Assembly: GCA_027317185.1 (NCBI GenBank)
Contig: DAHVFB010000007.1
Location: 1,064 to 65,063, forward strand
Source: Deltaproteobacteria bacterium
Lineage (GTDB): Bacteria; Desulfobacterota; Binatia; Binatales; Binataceae
Length of the DNA stretch: 64,000 bases
Reading direction: 5' to 3'
A program made the translations under genes and the position numbers. The notes beneath the pieces were generated by a model. The model did not search any database. It saw only the letters and a list, made by a program, of their open reading frames with translations, and was not told where the DNA came from. Positions 57,344 to 64,000 of the stretch are shown one piece after another; the first letter of the stretch is position 1, and each line of letters opens with the position of its first letter.

Positions 57344-58669
57344 TTACGCGGCGGCGGCCGTGGTGAGCGCTTCGATCTCGGCGACCGTCTTGGGCACCGC
57401 CGCGGTCATCACTTCGCAGCCGGCGGGCGTGACCAGCACGTCATCCTCGATCCGGATACCGATGCCGCGAAACTCCTCCGGCGCGGTCTCGTCGTTGGGC
57501 GCAATATACAGCCCCGGCTCGACCGTCAGGACCATGCCGGGCTCGAGCGTGCGCGACTCGCCGCCGACGCGATAAAGCCCGACGTCGTGCACGTCCATGC
57601 CCAGCCAATGGCTGGTGCGATGCATGTAAAATCTGCGCCACGCGCCACTTTTCAGCGCGTCTTCGGCCGGAACCTTGAGCAATCCGACGCGGCACATACC
57701 CTCCACCAGTATCCGCACGGCGGTCTCGTGCGGATCGTCGAACTTGATGCCGGGGCGGATCGATTCGATCGCCTGCAACTGCGCGTCGAGGACAATCTGG
57801 TAGAGGTCGCGCTGCAGCGGCGCGAAAGCCGCGCCGACCGGAAAGGTGCGGGTGACGTCGGAGGCGTAGAAGTCGTACTCGCAGCCGGCGTCGATCAACA
57901 GCAATTCACCGGCCTGCATCCGGCGATCGTTGTTGATGTAATGCAGGGTCGCCGCGTTGGGGCCCGACGCGATGATCGACGGATAGCTCGGCCCGGCCGC
58001 GCCGCGCGAGCGAAAGGTGTAGTCGACGAGCGCCTCGACCTCCCACTCCATCATGCCGCCGCGCGCCCGGGCCATCGCCTGCCGATGGGCCTCGGCCGAA
58101 ATCGCGATCGCCGCACGCATCGCCGCCAGCTCCTCCGGACGCTTGTGCAAGCGCGCCTCGTGGATCAGCTCGCGCGGATCGAGCAGCGTATGCGGCCCGG
58201 TGCCCAGCCGCGGACGCATCGACTGCGCGTAGCGCATCAGTTCGAGCACGCGCGCGTTCATCCGCTCGTTGACCGAGAGCGGATAGTAGACGCGGTCGAC
58301 CTTGTCGAGATGGCGGCGCAGCACGGCGTCGAGCTCCTCGATGGCGAAGGCCTGATTGGCGCCGTAGCCGGCGACCGCGCCCTCGAGTCCGGCGCGCCGG
58401 CCGGTCCAGGTCTCGCGCTCGCGATCGCGCGGACGCACCATCAGGATGAATTCGTGCGGCTCGCCGGGTGCCAGGATCGCCACCGCTTCAGGCTCGGCAA
58501 AGCCGGTCAGGTAGTGGAAATCATTGTCCTGGCGATAGACGAATTCGACGTCGCCGGAGCGCATCGCGACCGGCGCGCTCGGCATAATCGCGAGTGCTCC
58601 GGGCCCGATCGCGTCCATGAAGCGGCGGCGCCGCTCGGCGAAGACTTCGAGGTTCGAGATGACGCTCAC
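57344..58669 (-). CDS. pepP: Xaa-Pro aminopeptidase (M24B)
   Basis: AMP_N domain plus pita-bread metal ligands (D..D..H..E..E context HWLGMDVHD). Confidence 0.9.
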   Translation of the reverse strand: MSVISNLEVFAERRRRFMDAIGPGALAIMPSAPVAMRSGDVEFVYRQDNDFHYLTGFAEPEAVAILAPGEPHEFILMVRPRDRERETWTGRRAGLEGAVAGYGANQAFAIEELDAVLRRHLDKVDRVYYPLSVNERMNARVLELMRYAQSMRPRLGTGPHTLLDPRELIHEARLHKRPEELAAMRAAIAISAEAHRQAMARARGGMMEWEVEALVDYTFRSRGAAGPSYPSIIASGPNAATLHYINNDRRMQAGELLLIDAGCEYDFYASDVTRTFPVGAAFAPLQRDLYQIVLDAQLQAIESIRPGIKFDDPHETAVRILVEGMCRVGLLKVPAEDALKSGAWRRFYMHRTSHWLGMDVHDVGLYRVGGESRTLEPGMVLTVEPGLYIAPNDETAPEEFRGIGIRIEDDVLVTPAGCEVMTAAVPKTVAEIEALTTAAAA

Positions 58670-58728
58670 GCTTTACCGCATCCGTCGGCTGAAAATTCGC
58701 GCGCGCCAGAGCCGCGCCCGCAGCCCTA

Positions 58729-59571
58729 TTATGGGCATCCGGCGCCGCCCACCGCCACTTCGCCGGCATAGACTTTCGCGCTGCGCCTGGCCCGGCATTC
58801 GTCGGGGTTGATGCTCTCGGAAGTGAGCACGTACAGCGTGCGCCGGCCCGCGCCGCCCATCGCGCACGCGATCGGCATCGAGTCGAACTTGATTCGCTCG
58901 GCGACCGCGCCGCCGTCGCGCACGCGCAGCAGCTCGTGGGTGAATGGCGAGGCGACCCAGATGGCGCCCTCCGCATCCAGCGCGATGCCGTCGGGGACGG
59001 CCTCGCCGAGTTCGGCCCATACGCGCCGATTGGACAGCGAACCGTCGTCGGCGATCGCAAACGCGGTCAGCCGATGGCCCATCGACTCGCCGACCACGAG
59101 CGTCTTGCCGTCGGGCGTGATCACGGTGCCGTTGGGAAAATCGAGATCGCCGGCGACCACGCGCGCCGATCCGTCGGGATTCACCAGGACCAGCTCGGCG
59201 GGCTTTTTCGGCGCGTTGGTCAGCAGGTCGTAGCCGAAATTGCCGACGTACGCGCGCCCCCTGGGGTCGGTCACCATGTCGTTGCAGTGGAACGACGCGA
59301 GCTTGCTGATATCGGCGTGAGTCTTGAGGCCGTCGGGATCGAGGCGCAGCAGCTTGCGATCGGTCATCGAGACGATCAGCAGACGCCCGTCGGGCAGCCA
59401 TCCCAGCCCCGAGGGCCACGCGGCGACCTCCGCAACGACCGTCTTGCGCCCGGCACTATCGACGCTCAACACCTGATGGGCGTGCATGTCGGAGAGATAG
59501 AGCTTGCCGTCATGCCAGCGCGGCCCTTCGCCGAACGCCAGACCTTCAACAAAAACTTTGAATTGCGTCAT
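58729..59571 (-). CDS. SMP-30/gluconolactonase/LRE-family protein
   Basis: Six-bladed propeller repeats. EGPRWHDGKLYLSD. Confidence 0.85.
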   Translation of the reverse strand: MTQFKVFVEGLAFGEGPRWHDGKLYLSDMHAHQVLSVDSAGRKTVVAEVAAWPSGLGWLPDGRLLIVSMTDRKLLRLDPDGLKTHADISKLASFHCNDMVTDPRGRAYVGNFGYDLLTNAPKKPAELVLVNPDGSARVVAGDLDFPNGTVITPDGKTLVVGESMGHRLTAFAIADDGSLSNRRVWAELGEAVPDGIALDAEGAIWVASPFTHELLRVRDGGAVAERIKFDSMPIACAMGGAGRRTLYVLTSESINPDECRARRSAKVYAGEVAVGGAGCP

Positions 59572-59646
59572 GTTCCTGAACTCCGGCTATACTTAAAGCG
59601 ATACATCAGATTTAATCGAGCACGCGCGATGGCGCCGCCCGTAGCC

Positions 59647-60894
59647 CTAATCCAGCGCGCCCTGCGCGCGCAGCTTCGCGATCTCCTCGGCGCCGTAGCC
59701 GAGCACCTGGCCGAGCACCTCGTCGGTATGCTGCCCGATGCACGGTGCGGCGGCGCGCACCGCGGTCGCCGTGCGGCTCATCTTCCACGGTATCCCACAA
59801 TGCTGCAGCGTGCCGACCTCGGGATGCTCCTTGTAGACGAAGTATTCGCGCGCCTTGAGCTGCGGATCTTCCTCGGAGAGAAATTTGTTGTCGGCGACCA
59901 CCGCCGCGGCGACGCCTGCCGCCTGCAGAATTGCCGCCGCCTCGACCGCCGTGCGCCCGGCCGTCCATCCCGCGACGATCACATCGAGATCGCTCTCGTG
60001 GGCTTTGCGCGCGGCCAACGTCGCGTAGCACGGATCGCCGCCGAGCTCGGGACGGCCGATCGCGCCCGCCATGCGCTTGAACTCGGCGTCGTCGGCCGCC
60101 GCGATCGCGACGAACTGATCGACCGTCAGGCCCATCACCTGCCCGGGCCGATCGCGGCATCGGTAGATACCGTGCGGCGCCATCCAGGGATCCTCGTTGC
60201 CGATCCGTTCGGGCTCGCGCCCGTTCATGGTGTACTCGAGCAGGCCCTCGGCGAGCACGCCCATCGCGCATTCCCACTGGCTCATGTCGATGTACTGGCC
60301 CTGGCCGGTCTTGCCGCGATGATAGAGTGCGGCCAGGATCGCGAACGCACCGTGCACTCCGCCGTTGGGATCGGCGTAGCTGAAGCCCGCATGCATCGGC
60401 GGCCATCCACGATAGCCGGTCAGCGCCGAAAGTCCCGACAGCGGCACCTGCGCCGGGCCGTAGGCGATATAGTCGGCGTAGGGACCGGTGTCGCCGTAGC
60501 CAGTGAGCGAAATCATGATGACGTCGGATTTGATTTTGCGCACGTCGTCGTAGCCGAAGCCCATCCGATCCATCACGCCGTGGGCGAAATTATTGATGAC
60601 TACGTCGCTCCGCGCGATCAGCTTGCGCGCGACCTCATGCGCGGCCGGATCCTTGAAGTTCAGCGTGATCGAGCGCTTGCCCTGGCTGTATTGATTGAAA
60701 TAGCCCGAGCGGTTGAGGCCGCCGGGCTTCATGCCGGGCCACGGCGGCAGCATCCGCGTGACGCATGGGCGGGTCTTGGTCTCGATACGGATGACGTCGG
60801 CGCCGAGATGGGCGAGCTGGAGCGTGCAATACGGGCCCGCCCAGACCCACGTGAAGTCGGCGACCCGGATGCCGTCGAGCGGTGGCCTGGCCAT
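59647..60894 (-). CDS. family III CoA-transferase (CaiB/BaiF)
   Basis: GIRVADFTWVWAGPYCT N-terminus and the conserved Asp region. Confidence 0.9.
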   Translation of the reverse strand: MARPPLDGIRVADFTWVWAGPYCTLQLAHLGADVIRIETKTRPCVTRMLPPWPGMKPGGLNRSGYFNQYSQGKRSITLNFKDPAAHEVARKLIARSDVVINNFAHGVMDRMGFGYDDVRKIKSDVIMISLTGYGDTGPYADYIAYGPAQVPLSGLSALTGYRGWPPMHAGFSYADPNGGVHGAFAILAALYHRGKTGQGQYIDMSQWECAMGVLAEGLLEYTMNGREPERIGNEDPWMAPHGIYRCRDRPGQVMGLTVDQFVAIAAADDAEFKRMAGAIGRPELGGDPCYATLAARKAHESDLDVIVAGWTAGRTAVEAAAILQAAGVAAAVVADNKFLSEEDPQLKAREYFVYKEHPEVGTLQHCGIPWKMSRTATAVRAAAPCIGQHTDEVLGQVLGYGAEEIAKLRAQGALD

Positions 60895-62102
60895 CAGATG
60901 ACCCCCGCGCGCGTGAGCTCGGCGAGGCGCGCGGCGTCGAGCCCCAGGCGTCCGCCGAAGATCTCCGCGTTATGCTGGCCGAGGGTTGGCGCGGGCCGCC
61001 GGATGGCCCACGGCGTCGCGCCGAACTTGAGCGGCGCGCCCGGATACAGATGCGTGCCGGCGGCCGGCTGGGCAATTTCGACGAAGAAGCCGCGCGCTTT
61101 GAGATGCGGCGAATCGAGCAGGTCGCCCATGGTCGAGACCGGCGCGAAGGGAATCCGCCGGCTCTGCGCCTTTTGGTAGAGATCCATTACGGTTTGTTGG
61201 CTCACCCACTCTTCGAGAAATATCTTGAGCGCTTCCCAGTTCTCGCCGCGTTGCAGCCGATCGCGGAAAAGTTCCTCGCCCGCCCATGCGGGATTGCCCA
61301 TCAGGCCGACGAACGCCTTCCACTGATGCTCCTCGACGCAGCAGACGTAAATCCAGCCGTCCTTGCACTCCATCGCTTCGAGCGGCTGAATCGGTTTCTT
61401 GCCGAGCCGGTTCGCGATCACCTTCATGTACGGCCAGTACTCGAAGGTCAATTCGAGCTGCGAGGCGATCGCCTCCTGGCACGAGACGTCGACGTGCTGG
61501 CCCTCGCCGTCACGCACCTGCGCGAGAATCGCGCCCATCGTGGCGACCGCGCCATGCACGCCGCCCTGGAAGCCCGACTGATTGCCGAAGGTCTTGAGCG
61601 GCGGCAGTTCCGGATGATCGAGGCCGGCGCCGTTGAGCACGCACACCCCGCCCGCCGACCAGACGGTGAGCTCTTCCGCGCGCAGGTCGCGCCACGGTCC
61701 GGTCAATCCATAGGGCGTGATCGAAGTCATCACGAGGCGCGGATTGATCTGATGCAGGCGATCGAAATTCAGCCCGACGCGATCCATCTCGGGCGGCGCG
61801 ACGTTATGCACCAGCACGTCGGCGTCGGCCACCAGCCGCTCGAGCAGCGCGAAACCCTCGGGCCGCGCGATATCGAGCGTGACGCCGAGCTTGTTGGTAT
61901 TGAGGTAGAGGTAGAGCCCGCTCTTTTCGCGATGCGCCGCGCCGCCGGGAAACGGTCCCCGATCGCGCGCGCGATCACCCGCGCCGGGCCGCTCGATCTT
62001 GATCACCTCGGCGCCCATATCGGCCATCAGCTTGGCCGCGTACGGAGCCGACGCCAGCTCGCCGATTTCGACGATCTTGAGGTTCGCCAATGCTTGCGCC
62101 AT
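60894..62102 (-). CDS. family III CoA-transferase (CaiB/BaiF), second paralogue
   Basis: LKIVEIGELASAPYAAKLMADMGAEVIKIE. Start overlaps the downstream gene's stop. Confidence 0.9.
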   Translation of the reverse strand: MAQALANLKIVEIGELASAPYAAKLMADMGAEVIKIERPGAGDRARDRGPFPGGAAHREKSGLYLYLNTNKLGVTLDIARPEGFALLERLVADADVLVHNVAPPEMDRVGLNFDRLHQINPRLVMTSITPYGLTGPWRDLRAEELTVWSAGGVCVLNGAGLDHPELPPLKTFGNQSGFQGGVHGAVATMGAILAQVRDGEGQHVDVSCQEAIASQLELTFEYWPYMKVIANRLGKKPIQPLEAMECKDGWIYVCCVEEHQWKAFVGLMGNPAWAGEELFRDRLQRGENWEALKIFLEEWVSQQTVMDLYQKAQSRRIPFAPVSTMGDLLDSPHLKARGFFVEIAQPAAGTHLYPGAPLKFGATPWAIRRPAPTLGQHNAEIFGGRLGLDAARLAELTRAGVI

Positions 62103-62129
62103 CGATGCTCCGCCGCGTGGCCGCCGGGC

Positions 62130-62399
62130 CTACGGGACGACCTTGCGAAATGGTTTGACGTCGACCCGCTCAAAGACGCCCTGAGTCAGGTATGGGTCGC
62201 TATGGGCGAAGGCGAGCGCCGCGGCTTCGTCAGGAAAGTCGGCGATCATCAGGCTGCCGGTTCCATCGGTAAAGGGACCGCCGATGATCATCTGGCCGCG
62301 ATCGACCAGCGGTTGCAAGTTCTCGAGATGCGCGGGACGCACCGACGGGCGCAGCGCGGCGCCGTTGGGTCCGTCATGGCCGATAATTACGAAGAGCAT
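62130..62399 (-). CDS. YciI-family protein
   Basis: 89 aa. MLFVIIGHD .. H consistent with the YciI-like fold. Confidence 0.7.
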   Translation of the reverse strand: MLFVIIGHDGPNGAALRPSVRPAHLENLQPLVDRGQMIIGGPFTDGTGSLMIADFPDEAAALAFAHSDPYLTQGVFERVDVKPFRKVVP

Positions 62400-62480
62400 C
62401 GCGGCGACCGTCCCCTGAGCGGAATCGAGTTGAACCTAGCATGCACGCCGCGCGCCGCTCCAGCGGACCGCGTGGTCCGA

Positions 62481-63268
62481 TCACTTCGCGGAGATTGCGC
62501 CGTAGCCGGTCCAGTAGATCAGAAAATAGGTCGCGGCGAGGCCGATGAGCAGCGCGTAGGCGATCCGATCGCGCGGGCGGATCGGAAAATCGATATAGCT
62601 GGTCGGCATCGCGCTCATCCCGAAGCCGCGCGCCTCGAGCGCCATCGCCATGTTGTTGGCCTTGCGCAACGCGCCCATAAAGACCGGCACGACCACCGGC
62701 ACGTAGCGCTTGACGCGCTCGAGCGGGCCGCCGCGATTGAAATCGTAGCCGCGCAAACTTTGCGCCTGCACGACCGTCAGCGCCGAATCGATAAACAGGG
62801 GTGCCAGCCGAAACGCCAGCGTGATCGCGAAGCCGACGCGGTAGGGCACGCCGATCCGTGCGAGGCCGGCGGTGAACTCTTCGACCTTGGTGGTCGACAG
62901 AAACAGCACCGAGGTCGCCAGCAGTTCGGCCAGCTTGATCCCGCGGCCCAGGCCAAAGGTGAGCGAGGCGCGGCTCAGATGGATAATCGGCGTGTCGATC
63001 AGCGCCGGCCCCTTGCGATAGAAAACCATCCAGGCGAGGGTCGTAAAGAAAATCAAGAGGATGAACAGCCAGCGCAACCGGTAGAAATTCGGCCACGAGC
63101 CGGTGAGCTGCGCGAGCACGATCATCAGCAGGCCGAGCGGCAGTAATGCGAGCGGATGGTCGACCCAGTAGACCGACCAGAACATCACGAACAGCGCGAA
63201 CACCTTGACCGTCGGGTTGAGCCGATGCACCACGCTGCCGTGGTCGATGTAGAGATAGATCGGCATCA
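62481..63268 (-). CDS. ecfT: ECF transporter transmembrane component (EcfT/CbiQ family)
   Basis: About 262 aa, 5-TM. Conserved ARG..RGY region. Start at MPIYLYI (ATGA overlap with the upstream ATPase). Confidence 0.75.
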
Positions 63269-64000
63269 GGTGCGCCCCTCGATCCACGATGCGAGTTCGG
63301 CCGGTCCGAGCGCGACGACGCCGAAGCGCCGGCCGAGCGCAGTCGCCTCGGGCGCGCGGAACGACGAGCCGGCGAGCAGGTCGTCGCGCGCCAGAAAGGC
63401 CCGCACGGCACCGTCGAAGGTCACGCGCCCATGGCGCATCAGGACGACGCGCCGCGCATATTCCGCGACCAGCCACGGCGTATGCGTGATCATCACGATC
63501 GCGATGCCGGCGCGATTGAGATCGCCAACCAGCGCCATCATCCGCCGCTGCTCGCGATAGTCGAGGCCGGTGGTCGGCTCGTCGAGAATCAGCACGCGCG
63601 GCCGGAGCGCCAGCACGCTCGCGACCGCGAGTCGTTGCCGCTCGCCCTTGCTGAGCAGGAAGGGATCGCGCCCGCGCATCGCGCCCAGATTCACCGCCGC
63701 CAGCACCTCTTCGACCCGCCGCGCCGTCGCCGCCGCGTCGAGCCCGAGGTTGCGCGGTCCGAAGGCGATTTCATCCTCGACCGTGCCGGCAAAAATTTGA
63801 TGGTCGGGATTCTGGAAGACGTAGCCGACCTCGCGCGCGGACGCGCCCGGCGCGAGTTCCGCGCGATCGCGTCCGCCAATCAGCACGCGCCCGGCGATCG
63901 GCTGGAGCAGTCCCACCAGATGTTTCGCGAGGGTGGTCTTGCCGGAACCGTTCTGGCCGATAATCGCGAGGAATTCGCCCGGCGCGATCGTCAAATCCAC
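63266..64000 (-). CDS. ECF/ABC transporter ATP-binding protein (EcfA/CbiO-like), 5' end beyond the window
   Basis: Walker A GQNGSGKTT, signature LSKGERQRLAVA, Walker B ILILDEPT. Truncated at the window edge. Confidence 0.85.
   Translation of the reverse strand: MDLTIAPGEFLAIIGQNGSGKTTLAKHLVGLLQPIAGRVLIGGRDRAELAPGASAREVGYVFQNPDHQIFAGTVEDEIAFGPRNLGLDAAATARRVEEVLAAVNLGAMRGRDPFLLSKGERQRLAVASVLALRPRVLILDEPTTGLDYREQRRMMALVGDLNRAGIAIVMITHTPWLVAEYARRVVLMRHGRVTFDGAVRAFLARDDLLAGSSFRAPEATALGRRFGVVALGPAELASWIEGRT

Overview
This is a high-GC (roughly 65-68% by eye) bacterial chromosomal segment, densely coding on both strands. The ORF track contains many Arg/Ala-rich antisense ORFs, which I treat as artefacts.

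Main content, 5'->3':
(1) eno, a cyclase-domain STAND ATPase, and metK.
(2) Two fluoride (crcB-motif) riboswitches, each with an overlapping intrinsic terminator. The first precedes a DUF190-CBS gene plus the fluoride channel crcB. The second precedes a six-gene complex-I/hydrogenase-4-like membrane module whose 'large subunit' has lost all NiFe-ligand cysteines, i.e. an Ehr-type energy-converting hydrogenase-related complex.
(3) A four-gene operon, translationally coupled by overlapping stops: a Cys3His protein, a metallophosphoesterase, a HEAT-repeat protein, and a dynamin-like GTPase whose C-terminus repeats the same Cys3His module.
(4) An MFS transporter and HEAT/zinc-ribbon proteins.
(5) A lower-GC patch containing a tRNA 3'-end fragment and a lipoprotein gene.
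(6) A long minus-strand cluster encoding a copper membrane monooxygenase (pmoC, pmoA, a small TM ORF, pmoB; pmo/amo/hmo family). Downstream of it on the same strand are a Zn alcohol dehydrogenase, a c-type cytochrome, a Tat small subunit plus GMC flavoprotein dehydrogenase, a SCO1/SenC copper chaperone and a small membrane protein. A zinc-ribbon regulator, MBL hydrolase, FAD monooxygenase and esterase lie upstream on the same strand.
(7) S1/P1 nuclease, beta-helix protein, Wzy-like membrane protein, methyltransferase, MarR and an AMP-forming acyl-CoA synthetase.
(8) Two copies of a ~115-bp palindromic MITE/REP-like repeat bracketing mlaC-like and DOPA-dioxygenase-like genes.
(9) Amidase, two large hybrid histidine kinases, and an acyl-CoA cluster (DsbA-like isomerase, FlK-family hotdog thioesterase, MaoC dehydratase, two family-III CoA transferases), followed by PepP, SMP-30, YciI and EcfT/EcfA.

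The most notable systems are the CuMMO cluster with an extra small ORF and copper/electron-transfer accessories, the fluoride-riboswitch-controlled Ehr complex, and the dynamin/Cys3His operon.
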